A stretch of 64,000 nt of DNA from Chiloscyllium plagiosum. Its lineage: Eukaryota. Positions 50,694 through 64,000 of this stretch are shown in pieces (the first letter of the stretch is position 1; every line of letters starts with the position of its first letter). The stretch spans positions 6,166,885 through 6,230,884 of the forward strand of contig NC_057757.1 in assembly GCF_004010195.1 (NCBI RefSeq), given 5' to 3'. The position numbers were made by a program, and so were the translations under genes. A model generated the notes under the pieces. It was given only the letters and a program-made list of their open reading frames with translations. It had not been told where the DNA came from and did no database searches.

Positions 50694-52367
50694 TGTCCGT
50701 TCCCCCCGCTCGTTCTCCATCACTGTTCCCTCCCGGCCTTCTCTTTCTGTCTATTTTTCTGCCTCCCTGTCTCTGTCTCTTCACCCTCCTTTTTCTGTCT
50801 ACCTCTGTCTGCCTTTTTGCCTATCTGTGCCACCCTCCCTCTGACTGAGCTGAGCAGAATCACATCAGGCTCTCAATCGCTCTGCCAGGCTCATGCCAGC
50901 CACTGGGATTGCTGCAATTAACCTCAGTGCCTTCTGGGCCTTTTGGGCAAACATTAACCACGAGGGACTGTTGGAATTGTGGTGGGATGGGATCGGCATT
51001 GCCCAAACACACCTTGACAGGGAAATCTGCAACGTTTACTTCTGCTGGTATCCTGTGTGACCTGATCCTCTGTTCATTTGATTCTAGTACAGTCAGCCTC
51101 AGTATTTTCTGGTTAATGAGTGCTGGGGACAGAGGGGGGGGGGGTGCACAGTGGTAAGAATGTGTTGATCAGGACATCTGGAAGGAACTGAGTATACGTG
51201 AGGCCATCTCTCTCACCTGCTGCAGATCACCTCCCCTTCAGTTATGGCTGGGGGTTGGGGTCCATGGTCAGTCTGACCCTAGGTGCAGCCTGGGCCACGA
51301 CCCAGTCTTGGCATGGGGTGCCCACAGAACCTCGCAAGTCTCCATTCTGCCTCCCAGAGCTGTTCACCTGCATGAGTCGACCAAAGGTCAGCTCTGATCA
51401 GGGTGGGATGTTTACTGCTCGTGACTCAGAAGGTTGTGTGTTCAACCAGATGGGGCGTTTTTGCGTTTGCATTTAAGGTGTGAATGTAGTCAGAGTCTTA
51501 CTGGAAAGGACAAGTGAAGGGGATGTGCAAGCTAGCCCTCGCTGAGCTCTCCCTGTGCTAGAAAGGGTTGTTGAGAAGGTGGGAGTGTGTATCAGTTGCC
51601 CCTTAAGGGTGGCCTCTGGTCATCAATGGCTGGTGGTCTTTCACCACACAAGTCCATTAGGGGGTGAGCTTAGAAGTCACTGATACAGGTAGTAATGTTG
51701 GCCAGAGGAGAGGGAGTTGGGTCAGTCTGTTTGGATGGTGTCACAGTGTAACATGTGCTAGGTCCTCTGGCATCCTTGTGTGTCATGTTTGTTCAGTTGG
51801 GCATCAAGAATGTATCAAGTGAGTCTCCCACCTCCATGCTCTCTCCTACTTGCTCCCATAGTCAGATTGGTGCTTCTTTGAACTTGTGTGGGGACACTAA
51901 TGTCGAGGGTTGGGGGAGTGTAGGTGACCACAGGGGTTAGAGTAAGGCAGACATTCAGTGAATCGGACAATTTTGAATGCTCAGTTTGGTCACTTCACCT
52001 CTACCTCACCAAACGTGGCGACAGGGAGCGGATGCATGCCTCACACTGGCTGCCACCCCCCTCCCTCCCCCACCCCCGGCAGAGGGAGGCAGCAACAATC
52101 ATCTGGTCATTTTCAGGAAAACAAATGTTGGATGCCTCCCGCTACCATCAGGCCGCTGGAGTCGTGATTGTCAGTGGCAGCAGAGATGGGAAGGTAAAGA
52201 GTGAATCCTGCTCTCTCTGGGTGTCACATCCCATGGGACATCCAGGCCCTCTCCCATGCACTCTGAGTGTATCAGCCTGCTCCATCACAGGAAGCTCCAA
52301 CCCCAACTCCCTCCTCAGCAGAAACCCACAGTTCCTCCCTGTATTGGACATACCGAGTTTGAGAGGA

Positions 52368-52680
52368 TGGGGCTGCACAGTGGCTTAGTGGTTAGCGTTG
52401 TTGCCTCACAGGGCCAGGGACCCGGGTTTGATTGCAGCCTCGGGTGATGTTTGCGCACACTCCCTGTGTCTGTGTGGGTTTCCTCTGGTTTCCACCCCTC
52501 GGTCCAAAGATGTGCAGGATTGGCCATGCTAAATTGCACCATAGTTTCCAGGGATGCGCAGCTTATAGATGGGTTAGCCATGAGAAAAGCAGGGTTACAA
52601 AGATTGGGTGAGCTGCTCTTCAGAGAGTCGGTGTGGACTCAATGGGCCAAATGGCCTGCTTCTGTACTGTCTGGATTCTG
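52368..52680 (+). mobile_element. Degenerate HE1 SINE
   Basis: Head gcacagtggcttagtggttagc plus core and tail. Confidence 0.75.
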
Positions 52681-53354
52681 AGGCTCCCTGGCTGTACCTG
52701 AGCGGGTGATCCACAGAGGTCAGAGTGCAAACTGGGCGATGGTAATCAGCAACCAACTGACCCATCCCCCTGCCGTGCGAACTCTGCTACAGATTTAGAT
52801 GCAATCTGCTACATGTTCAGTTTAGATGGTGCTGTACACCCTGGTGTTGAAGGCTGCTCCTACTTTGTGGGGCAAAGCAGTGTCACTGGAATCTGATATT
52901 CTGGAGGGGTTTAAAAAGTAACAGCCAGTATCCAGTAACACTGGTAGTTATGTGAGACTGCCGTAAATTAATGACCATAAATATGCTGGAACCATTGCAG
53001 GTTAAAATTAGTAAAGCTTCACTTCCTGACAGTTGGGTTTTCAACTGGCGCTGGTCGAGTCAAACTGATGTGCCGCTACCTCCGGGTGCAGATTGCAAAA
53101 GGCAACTTTCTTTCTTTCCTGAGCTGTCATGGTTGGCACTGAGCTATTGCTTCCTCATTCACGTGCGCTCAATCTCGGCTGTGGCACCCAGCATTTCCTG
53201 GACCTTCCGACACTTGTGTCGGATTTGTAGCATTGCAAGTGAAGAACAGGGTTCTGTCTTGCAACAGGAGACACGCAGAGAGCGGTTGCGGTTTGTATCG
53301 TCCTTGGGGGAGCATAGCAGGCAGTGTTGACTGGAGAGTGGACTCATCTTGGAG

Positions 53355-53676
53355 ATTAGATTAGATTCCCTACAGTGTGGAAACAGGCCCTTCGGCCCAA
53401 ACAGTCAACATCAACCCTCTGAAGAGTATCCCACCCCAGATCTATTTCTCTCTGACTAAAGTACCTAACACTATGGGCAATTTAGCATGGCAAGTCCACC
53501 CTAACCTGCACATCTTTGGACTGTGTGAGGAAACCGGAGCACCCGGAGGAAACCCACGCAGACACGGGGAGAATGTGCAAACTCCACACAGACAGTCGCC
53601 CCGAGGTGGGAATTGAACCCGGGTCCCTGGCGCCGTGAGGCAGCTGTGCTGACCACTGAGCCACCGCGCCGCCCCC
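53355..53676 (-). mobile_element. HE1 SINE
   Basis: Full reverse-strand copy with (attag)n tail. Confidence 0.9.
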
Positions 53677-54934
53677 AGACGTGCGAGTCATTTGGCCAAA
53701 GTGCAATCTTTTCACCTGGACAGACAACATATCCTATTTCAAAGCAGCGTCTAATGTAATTTATACCGTTTGACTGTCAGAAAGTGCCTGCAGCCCAACC
53801 GTGACTGTATTTGTGCACGTCATGAATGTTGAGACTGTTGGATTCAAAGCTGCACCCTTCAACACTATCCCTGTGGGGCTGCAATGAAACCGAGCCCTCT
53901 GGTGGTTGGTATATTTGTGCCTCCACTTTATCAAGGTCTCCATTCAGGCAGCAGCGTTTGTCCATACCTGCACAAATCAGGCTGAAGCCTCTGATCTAAA
54001 TGGTGCGGAATTCAGTAGCTGAGGAAATGAAGGAGCTCTGTCATACATTTTTATTCAGGCATTGTATCCAAATGCTTTTCTGCTGCAGTAGTGGAGTTCC
54101 GCAGCTAGGAGTCACTGCGTGCAGCAATTTGGGAGCTGCCAGCAAGACGTGTGTTTTTCATTTTCCCCTCTGCTCAGGCTGACAGCTGTTAATCACCCCC
54201 CCAAAAAAATGAAAGCTGCTTTCAAAGACAGGATTTCCCAAGTGTACGCAACAGTAAACTCATGTAGAAAGATGCAGACAAAGCACGCGTGAGCCCTGCG
54301 AAGCAGCTCCTCCCTGAGTGAGGGATGTGCACTTCTCTGCAAATGCCCCTTTCTTCCCCCCCCCCCCCCTCCCCTGCCAGCCTGCGACGCAATTCTTCGA
54401 ATGTGTAGTCGGGCGCCTGAATTCTCCCCTCCCTCCTGCATATTCCACTTGGAGAATATGGTTTTAACAGCCTGGCCTTATATAATAAACCAAAAAAAAA
54501 TTGGCCATGTCAGAGAGTTGAAACAAATAAAAACAGAAATTACTGGAGAATCTCATCACTCTTCTGTCCACCAATCAGCCAACCATTAGGCCGAACCAAC
54601 TTGTGCCAATCCAGATGGTTCCTGGTGTGGGTGGCACAGGTGGCTACAGTTGGAAAGCTTTTAAGCTCCCTACAACTTGCCCTAACTTGAATTGTTCACT
54701 GTGCTGGTTGGGCTGCTTGAAGTTTAGGAAGTGTTTTTTTTATTTAGAAAGCTGTAGCCTCAGCGGTGAATGAATTCCCAAATCGGGAATGCCAGGCTCT
54801 GTCCAGGGTATCAGAAACAAGAACAGGAATTTCTGGAGAAACTCAGCAGATCTGGCAGCATCACGACTGTTCAGAAGAAGCTTCAGTGGACTCTCAACTT
54901 TAGCTGTGCTTACTCTCTCCATAGATGCCAGGTT

Positions 54935-56172
54935 CAGTACTGGGTCTGCTGCTTTTAATCATTTGTGTAAATGGTTTGGATGTGAACATAGGAGGTATGG
55001 TTAGTAAGTTTGCAGACGACACCAAAATTGGACAGTGAAGAAGGTTACCTCAGATTACAACAGGATCTTGATCAGATGGGCCGAGGATTGGTTGGTGGAG
55101 TCTAATTTAGATAAGCATGAGGTGTTGCATCTTGATAAGGCAAATCATGGCAGGACTTACACAGTTAATGGTAGGATCTGAACAAAGGGACCTTTGTTCA
55201 AAGGTTCATAGTTCCTTGAAAGTGGAGTTGCAATTAGACAGGGTGGTGAAGGCAGCATTTGACACATTTGCCTTTGTTGGTCAGTGCATTGAGTTTCAGA
55301 GTACGGAGGTTAAGTGGTGGCTATAAACAACATTGGTTAGGCCAATTCTAGAATATCGCAATCAGTTCTGGTCTCCCTGCGATAGGAAAGATGTTAATCT
55401 TAAACGGGTTCGGAAAAGATTTACAAGGCTGTTGCTAGGATTGGAAGTTCTGAGCTATAGGGAGAGATTGATTACACATTGGGCCTGTTTTCCCTTGAGT
55501 GTAGGAGGCTGAGGGGTGACCTTGCAGAGATTTGTAAAATCATGAGGGGGATGGATAGGGTGAATAGCCAAAGTCTTTTTCCCAGGGGAGGGGAGACCAA
55601 AAGGGCACAGAATCATCGATATGTGCAGCACGGAAACAGACAATTTGGTCCAAATCGTTTATGCTGGCCATATCCGAAATTAATCTAGTCCCATTTGCCA
55701 GCCCATATACCTCTAAACACTTCATATACCCATCCAGGTGCCTTTTAAAAAACTTCCTCTGGCAACTCATTCCATACACGCACCTCAAACCTCTGAGGGT
55801 GACCCTATAGAGGTTTATAAAGTCATGAGGGGCATGGATAGGGTAAATAGATAAGGTCTTTTTCCAGGGGTGGGGTAGTCCAGAACTAGAGGGCATAGGT
55901 TTAGGATGAGAGGGTAAAGAGTTAAAAGGAACCTGAAGGACAACTTTTTCACACTGAAGGTGGTGCGTGTATGGAATGAGCTGCCAGAGGAAGTGGTGGA
56001 GGCTGGTACAATTACAGCATTTAAAAGGCATCTCGATGGGTATATGAATAGAAAGAGTTTAGAGGGATGTGGGCCAAGTGCTGGCAAACTGGACTAGATC
56101 AGCTCAGGATATTTGGTCGGCATGGACGAGTTGAACTGAAGGCTCTGTTTCTGTGCTGTGTGACTCTATGAC
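54935..56172 (+). mobile_element. CR1 RT/3' fragments with internal rearrangement
   Basis: KFADDTKI and RGDLAEICKIMRGMDRVN; inverted tail piece at ~55610-55785. Confidence 0.8.
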
Positions 56173-56902
56173 CTGTTCAGTTTCTCCAGCAATTTCTGTT
56201 TTTGTTTCAGGTTTCTAGCATTTGCTGTCCTTTGCTCTCTTTTTTGTATATATTGTTCTGCCAGGGATTCCCCCCCCGCCCCGCAACTTCTAACAGTAAT
56301 TTTGTCATGACCTCCTGGCCTTTATCTGTTTCATGAAAACACTAAATGGCCTCTTGGCTACTTGCTTGGCCACGAGGGCGAGGGTCCCTGTGAGGGTGCA
56401 GCGGTTCCTCTCCATTCCCAAATACCTCTGGGTCTCGTGCCATCTGTCAGCTGTGCCCTCAAGTCTTCAGAATTTCCAGCATCGCCAACCTCACTCCCGG
56501 CAGTCAAGTGGCATCAACATTGTTGACAATTTAAAACACTACTCTGTGCGAGAGTCAAACCTGTCCCCACGGGCACTGGCAAACCTTTTGGGTGTAGCCT
56601 CCATTGGACAGTTTTCCTTTCCTTCTGAAAAGCAAAATCCAAGATTGGAGTACGCTTTCTCAATCGTGGTGAGCTGTTTCGTGGAAAACTATGCCACTTG
56701 TACATCAAGGAACATGTACTCAGGGAAGGAGGGAAGTAGAAGGCTAGCAAATATATCATTTTCAGAAAAACTCTGATGAATGTCTACACAGTTAAATTAA
56801 TCAATATCGGTGTACATTTCATGCTATTTGTATATTTTAATGACATACCAAAGTCTCCTCTGCTGCTGTTGATGCTTAGAATGTGTTGTCTGTTTCATAG
56901 CA

Positions 56903-56908
56903 AATAAA
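56903..56908 (+). terminator. Candidate polyadenylation signal AATAAA
   Basis: Upstream TGTA elements in an AT-rich tract; downstream GT/T-rich ttgttgtttcttc. Confidence 0.35.
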
Positions 56909-58729
56909 CATGCAGTAAGTACTCATTGTTGTTTCTTCATTTACTTTGCTTCTGTGCACATTGGAAGGGAACAGAAGTTCACACACTGGATTATGTTCGA
57001 ACTCATTCATTGTTGATCTGCAACCTAACACAGTTTATTCACCATTGCCTGTCTTCGGTTCCACTGAAATGGCACATCCACCTCCAATACAACAAGTGAT
57101 CTAGTAGCAGTAACTGCTGTGGGAGAGAGTTCCAAACGTCTCTCTTGAAAACCTCCGTGACATCGCTCCTGTAAATTCCAGAGAATTAAAACGTCGTTTG
57201 TGTAATTGTAATTTGAGTCCAAGAATCATTCTAGTGCATTGATACTGCACTCCCTCAAAGGCCAATAAATTCTTCCTAAGGTCTGCCATCTGGAACTGCA
57301 CTCAAGATACTGCAGGGTTTCCTGTATATAAAATGCAATAACAATGGTAATCCTCTCATGATTTATACACTTCTGCAGTGCAATCCTCTGGATATAAAGA
57401 CCAGTGCTCTATTAGCTGTTGTGATTATTTTCTGTACTTGTTCATCATGCTTTTTTCCCCTCAAAAATATACTTTTACAAATTTTGTGATAAAGTATATC
57501 ACAAAGTGTTTCCATTTGAAAATTACAGAAAACATGACAAACTTCAAGTGTCCATACTCCAAAGAAGACTCCTATCAGTAAATGGCTTCTTTCTCTCGCT
57601 CCACCCACTCATGCCAGACATGATGAGTTTCTCCAGAATTTCTTGTTTTTAAGCCACAAAGCCTGTTCCACTCTTGTCTGCCTCAGTGAATTGTTATTGT
57701 TTCAATACGTGCGATACGCATTGCACGTCGGGCATTCAGTCTGAGGTAAAACAGCTCAAGTTGAAATTTACAGAAGGTGCAATTGCAATAAACTTTACTC
57801 CCTGTACCACGTCCCACTCTGAGGTGCTTCAAGATGACTTCAATGCTCTTAACGTTCACAATGCACAACCCTGGTCAAGCTTGAGGGGTTCTACAGACAT
57901 TAAAGAACTTTAGACAGTGACCTTTCTGCGTTACTCCTCTGCGGTAACTGCCCTAAACAACAGTGGGTCTCTTAGTGGGTAGTCCTAGGCTTGGGACTGT
58001 GCCAGTCTGTAGTGCTCAGTCAAGGACATGTCATTGCTCTGTACTTGTTTGTGATGTTTTAATCATATGTCAAACTCCCAAGTACCATGGACTCTCACTG
58101 TTTTCACCGTTATGAAAGTATCCTTTATGTCTAAGCAAGCCAACCTCTTTTCTCGCATTAGCTGCCACAGTTTTGGCCAGTTCATCCTTGTACTGTTACG
58201 CTTCTACATTAAAGGGATTGGATAAATACTATTTGCATTTTGTCAGTCCCTTGGGCAATTGGAACCGAAGCACCTTTGGCTAAATAGTTTTTTTTTAAAA
58301 CGGTTGGGTAGACATTCTGCATTAGCGAAGCTCCCGAGTGATAAATGTTGGCCACAATCATCTCTATAAATAGGATCTCCTAATCTTAAGCGGCGGTCAA
58401 GAGATGCAAAGCAGCCCTTCAGAAAGAGGTTGTATTAAGTCTCCTGCAAGTCAGCACTGGCTGAGGGGGCATAGTCCTATCTCACAGCCAGAAGGTTGAG
58501 TCTGAGTCCCACATGAGGAATCTGAGCCCAATATTCCAGGCTGACAATCTAAGGGAGTACTGCATTACCATCTTTATGTTGAGAGGTTGAAACTGCAGCT
58601 TTGTCTCCCCACTCCCAATCTCACAAGTAAAGGATACAGAGCAGTATATTTTGAAAATGAGCAGGAGCATTCTCCCCAGTTGCCTGGTCAACTTGTATTC
58701 CTCATCCCCAACACCTTAACCTCAAATGT

Positions 58730-61290
58730 TACAGCGCAGTACAGGCCCTTCAGCCCTCAATGTTACACCAGCCTGTGAAAATAATCTGATGCCCATCTAA
58801 CCTGCATCACTCCATGATATCCATATATATATGTCCAATGACCATTTAAAAGCCCTTAACGTCGGCAAGTCTACTCATGTTGCAGGCAGGCCATTCCACA
58901 CCCTTATTACTCTGAGTAAAGCAACTACTCCTAATACCTGTCCTAAATCTATGTCCCCTTGTGTTAGTCTTCACCATCTGAGGAGAAAGGTTCTCACTGT
59001 CCACCCTATCTAATTGCAACATTTAAGAGGCATTTGGATGGGTATATGAATAGGAAGGGTTTGGAGGGATATGGGCCGNNNNNNNNNNNNNNNNNNNNNN
59101 NNNNNCGAAGGGTCTGTTTCCATGCTGTACATCTCTATAACTTTGATTATCTTATACGTCTCAATTAAGTCACCTCTCAAACTCCTTCTCTCCAATGAAA
59201 ACAGCCTCAGCTCCCTCAGCCTTTCCTCGTAAGGCCTTCGCTCCATCCAGGCAATCCTAGTAAATTTCCTCTGAACCCTTTCCAAAGCTTCCACATCTTT
59301 CCTATAATGCGGTGACCAGAACTGCACACAATACTCCAGGTGCAGCCTTCCCAGTGTCATGTACAGCTGAAGCGTGACCTCATGGTTCCGAAACCCAATC
59401 CCCCTACCCCATAAACGCCAACACACCATATGCCTTCTGAACAACCCTATCAACCTGGCTGGCAACTTTCAGGGATTTATGCACCTGGACACAAATCTCT
59501 GTTCATCTACACTATCAAGAATTTTACCATTAGCCGAGTTCTCTGCATTCCCGTTACTTCTTCTGAAGTGAATCACCTCACACTTTTCCCATATTAAACT
59601 CCATTTGCCACTTCTCAGCCCAGCTCTATGTCCCTATGTAACCTAAAACATCCTTCGGCACTATCCACAATTCTGTCTACCATGGTGTCATCTGCAAATT
59701 TACTAACCCATCCTTCCATGCCCATATCCGGATCATTAATAAAAAATGACAAACAGTGGTGCCCCAAAACAGATCCTTGCGGCACACTACTGGTAACTGA
59801 ATTCCAGGATGAATATTTCCCATCAACCACCACCCTCTGTCTTCTTTCAGCTAGCCAACTTCTGATCCAAACCGCTAAATCACCTTCAATTCTGAAACTC
59901 TGTATTTTGTGCAATAGCCTACCGTGTGGAACCTTATCAAACGCCTTACTGAAGGTCATATACACCACATCAACCACTTTACCTTCACCCACCTGTTTTA
60001 TCACTTTGTCTAAAGAACTCAAAGGTTAGTGAGGCACGACCTACCCTTCACAAAACCATGTTGGTTATCCCTAATCAAATTATTCCTTTCCAGATGATTA
60101 TAAATCCTGTCTCTTATAACCTTTTCCAACACCTTACCTACAATCGAAGTAAGGCTCACTGGCCTATAATTGCCAGGGTTGTCCTGACTCTCCTTAAACA
60201 AGGGAACAACACTTGCAGTCCTCCAGTCTTCTGGCATTACTCCTGTTGACAATGATGCCATCAAAAAAAATCAAAGCCAAAGGCCCTGCAATCTCCTCCT
60301 TGGCTTCCCAGAGAATCAGAGGATAGACAATAGGCAATAGACACAGGAGTAGGCCATTTGGCCCTTCGAGTCAGCACCACCATTCATTATGATCATGGCT
60401 GATCATCCACAATCAGTATCCTGTTCCTGCCTTATCCCCATAACCCTTGATTCCACTATCTTTAAGAGCTCTAGCCATCGCTTTCTTGAAAGTATCCAGA
60501 GACTTGGCCTCCACTGCCTTCTGGGGCAGAGCATTCCATATAACCACCCCTCTCTGGGTGAAGAGGTTTCTCCTCAACGCTGTTCTAAATGGCCTTCCCC
60601 TTATTTTTAAACTGTCCTCTGGTTCTGGAGTCACCCATCAGTGGAAACATGCTTCCTGCCTCCAAAGTGTCCAATCCTTTAATAATCTTATACATCTCAA
60701 TCAGATCCCCTCTCATCCTTCTAAACTCAAGTGTATACAAGCCCAATTGCTCCAAACTTTCAACATATGATAGTCCCTCCATTCCGGGAATTGACCTCGT
60801 GAAACTATGCTGCGCTCCCTCATTAGCCAGAATGTCCTTCCTCAAATATGGAGACCAAAACTACACACAATACTCCAGGTGCGGTCTCACCAGGGTCTGT
60901 ACAGCTGCAGTAGGACCTCTTTGCTCCTATACTCAATTCCTCTTATTATGAAGGCCAGCATGCCATTAGCTTTACTTCACTGCCTGCTGTACCTCCCTGC
61001 ATGCTTGCTTACATTGACTGATGTACAAGAGCACCTAGATCTCATTGTACTTCCCCTTTACCTAACTTGACTCCATTTAGATAGTAGGATAAAGCCCATC
61101 CAGCCCAGGCATCTTATTTATTTTCAGATCTTCCAAAATTGCTAAAACCTTCTCTTTGTCAACCTCAACCCCATATCTTGTAGCCTGTATCTCCATATTC
61201 TCAATAACATTGCCTTTTCCAATGTGAATACTGATGAAAAGTATTCATTAAGTGCTTCCCATGTCCTCAAATTCCACACACAACTTACCA
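58730..61290 (-). mobile_element. CR1 LINE ORF2 fragment with a nested second CR1 (60326-61085)
   Basis: Peptides NYRPVSLTSIVGKVLE, FSKAFDKVPH, VPQGSVLG and KFADDT; the nested element is flanked by AGGATA at 60320-60325 and 61086-61091. Confidence 0.9.
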
Positions 61291-61319
61291 CTACTATCTT
61301 TGAAGTGAATGAAGTTTTT

Positions 61320-62120
61320 TTTCTGTTGATGGGACATGGGCATCTCTGCCTAGGCCACTGTTTATTCCTCCATCCTCAATTGTCTTTGCAAAGTACGGTG
61401 GTGAGTTGCCTTCTTGAATTGCTGCAGTCCACATGGCGTAGGTAGACCCACAGTGCAGTTAGGGAGGAATTTCCAGGATTTTGCCCCAGTGACTAAAGGA
61501 ACAACAATACATTTCCAAGTTGGAGGGGAACTCGCAAGGGCTGGTGCTCTCATTGTATCTCCTGCCCTTGTCCTTCTAGATGATAAGGATTGAGAGTTTG
61601 GGTAAGTTGCTGCAGTGCACCTTACACACTGCATCAATGGCTGGGGAGTGAAAGGTGGATGTGGTGCCTATCAAGCGGGTTGTGTTGTCCTGGATGGTGA
61701 TGAACTTCTTGAGTGTTGCTGGTCCTGCACTTCTCCAGGCAAGTGGGGAGTATTCCATCACACTCCTGACTTGTGCCTTGTAGATGATGGGCAGGCTTGG
61801 GGAGACCGGAGGGGACTTATTCAGTTATAACCACTGATTTGGTTCTGCTGTTCACAATGTCAAATAGCACGTCCTGGCTGATACTATCTAGTCCTATTAG
61901 GATCCTCAAAAGCTGATCAGTTTTTGTCACTTATCAGCCCAAGCCTGAATGTAGTCCAGATTTTGCTGTGTTTGAACATAAACTGCTTCCATTTCTGAAG
62001 TGTCATGAATGGTGTTGAATATTGTGCAACCAGAAGCGAACATGCCCACCTCTGACTTTATGCTGGAGGGACAGTCATTGATGAAGCTTCTGAAGATTGC
62101 TGGGCCTGGGACACTTTCCT
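61320..62120 (-). mobile_element. LINE (L2/CR1-group) 3' fragment
   Basis: MEYSPLAWRSAGPATLKKFITIQD (RT C-terminus); colinear with 26585-27925. Confidence 0.6.
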
Positions 62121-62127
62121 AAGGACC

Positions 62128-62250
62128 TTGGGCTCTTGTGGTGCAGTGGTAGTATCCCTACGTCTGAGTCAGGGGGTCCAGATTCAAGTCCCACCTACTC
62201 CAGAGGTGTCTAGTAGCATCGTTGAACAAATTGGGTAGAATGTATCTACC
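62128..62250 (+). mobile_element. Short tRNA-derived SINE
   Basis: A box tggtgcagtggtag and B-box-like gattcaagtccc. Confidence 0.5.
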
Positions 62251-63520
62251 TCCAAGGAACTCCCGTGGTAAGAGTTCTACAGCTTCTAGAATCTGAGGTT
62301 TAAAAATCACCTACTGCCAATGATAATCTCACCATCTAATCTATCATTTTGAGTGTTAATTTAAAATTCTCTTGCTCATTGGTTCTGGGTCCATCCAGGA
62401 AAGGCATGAGAAAACATGCAGTTAACTTTCACGTGTTTATGTTAAATGTCGGACTTGCCCAAAAATACTTGATTCATGAAACTTGTAAATGTACATTCAA
62501 AGCATTTTACAGGAAATGCAATACAATTCAACTTCTCTCCATTCAGTATCTTGGGTGCATTGAAGAGAATTTGCAGTATTCAGTGCAGACTGATGCTCAG
62601 ACCAGTGGTACTTAGAGTCATAGAGATGTACAGCATAGAAACAAACCCTTCAGTCCAACTCATCCCTGCCGATCAGATATCCTAAATTAATCTATTTCCA
62701 TTTACCAGCATTTGGTTCATATCCCTCTGAACCCTTCATTTTCGTGTACCCATCCAAATGCCTTTTAAGTGTTGTAATTGTACCTTTTACCACTGGGACT
62801 CCTTTTCAAGGCCAGAGAATTGATCCGACCCCTCAGTGAGAACTTTCACACTCGGTCAAAGTTCACAATGGCCGTTGTTACCTCAGACCCTGAAATATCG
62901 GGTCACGACCTCACTGGGGGTCCTGAAGCCAACTTTGGGAAGCCCTGGCTCAAACTGTGGAGGTTGCTGGCGAGCGCCAATGACTTTGTCAACAGCGTAG
63001 TCACTTGGGTAATGTGTAAGGCACTGGATCAAACTGGGAGAGGGGGCGTCCTGCCGTAAAAGGGGTCCGGGTTCGAGATTTTTGGTTGCAAACTCTTGAG
63101 GCTGCAATGCGCTATGGGCAGCTCCGAATGAGTGCTCAGCTCCGAGACCACTTTAACTACTTTTTCCCAAACTGTGAGTGGGAACTAAATGACTCAACCT
63201 TAGGGCCTGGATCCTGCAGCACCAACAATAGTAATCCTCGCATGTTTTTGAAAAGTGATCACTCCTCTCACAAGGCTTTGTGTTTCTCTCGCTGTGTTCT
63301 TCGAGATGTACTCCCCCAGCTACCTACTCTTTCAGTTCTGTCCCACCCTCTCCCCCGTCCTGACAATTCTCATTGACGGATCATGCTTGAAATCAAGTCC
63401 TGGGAAAGACTTCGGAGCCCCTGGATTGGATCGAGAAGACGTATGATTGGTTTAAATGTATCCAGAGACACTATGCAAATCACACCTATTGTTTGGGGCT
63501 AGTAGGTTTGAAGGGATGGT

Positions 63521-63737
63521 TGAAACTTTATTGCTGGAACAGCACAGCAGGTCAGGCAGCATTCAGGGAACAGGAGATTCGACGTTTCGGGCACAGGCCC
63601 TTCTTCAGGTTCCTGAAGAAGGGCCTGTGTCCGAAACGTCGAATCTCCTGTTCCCTGGATGCTGCCTGACCTGCTGTGCTGTTCCAGCAATAAAGTTTCA
63701 ACTTTGATCTCCAGCATCTGCAGACCTCACTTTCTCC
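63521..63737. mobile_element. Fold-back (inverted) PLE-terminus insertion with 13-bp TSD
   Basis: Palindrome at 63519-63702; TTGAAGGGATGGT at 63508-63520 and 63738-63750. Confidence 0.85.
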
Positions 63738-64000
63738 TTGAAGGGATGGTATAAGTCTTATCAACATTAACTCTTTGGTGTCACTGTGGACAAATATATT
63801 AACTCACTGAGTTGGGTAGTAATGAGTTTAAATGGTAAATGGAGATGCAAAGTTTTACTGCAGGTTGAAGTCATACCCAGCACGTAGGAATGTGGTTGTG
63901 GTTGTTGGAGGTCAGTCATCTCCGCTCCAGGACATCTCTGCAGGAGATCTTCAGGTAGAAATTTTCCTTACTATCCTATTCAGAGACGTTAAACACCCCT

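Overview
Repeat-rich vertebrate genomic DNA, almost certainly from a shark (cartilaginous fish). The basis is the density of HE1-type tRNA-derived SINEs, CR1/HER1-type LINE fragments and Penelope-like element (PLE) termini. There are four N gaps. One clear gene lies on the + strand: a 497-aa Mab-21/cGAS-like nucleotidyltransferase-fold protein of the MB21D2/TMEM102 family, with coding exons 43207-43426 and 47965-49238. Its probable promoter is a CpG island at ~34.5-35.3 kb built from a tandem repeat. Upstream on the same strand is a candidate multi-exon gene, running from a single-TM exon at 8415-8588 through small candidate exons to a 508-codon His/Ser/Pro-rich repeat ORF at 28182-29708. Its first exon aligns without gaps to the N-terminal TM signature of mammalian SPEM1-family proteins, which lie just upstream of TMEM102 in mammals (both facts recalled, not searched). 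Other notable structure: minimal hammerhead-ribozyme motifs in PLE termini (one tandem array, one fold-back insertion with a 13-bp TSD), a 5'-inverted PLE endonuclease fragment, a templated double-inversion insertion in a SINE, and an exon fragment duplicated into a LINE. No prokaryotic features or CRISPR arrays were seen.
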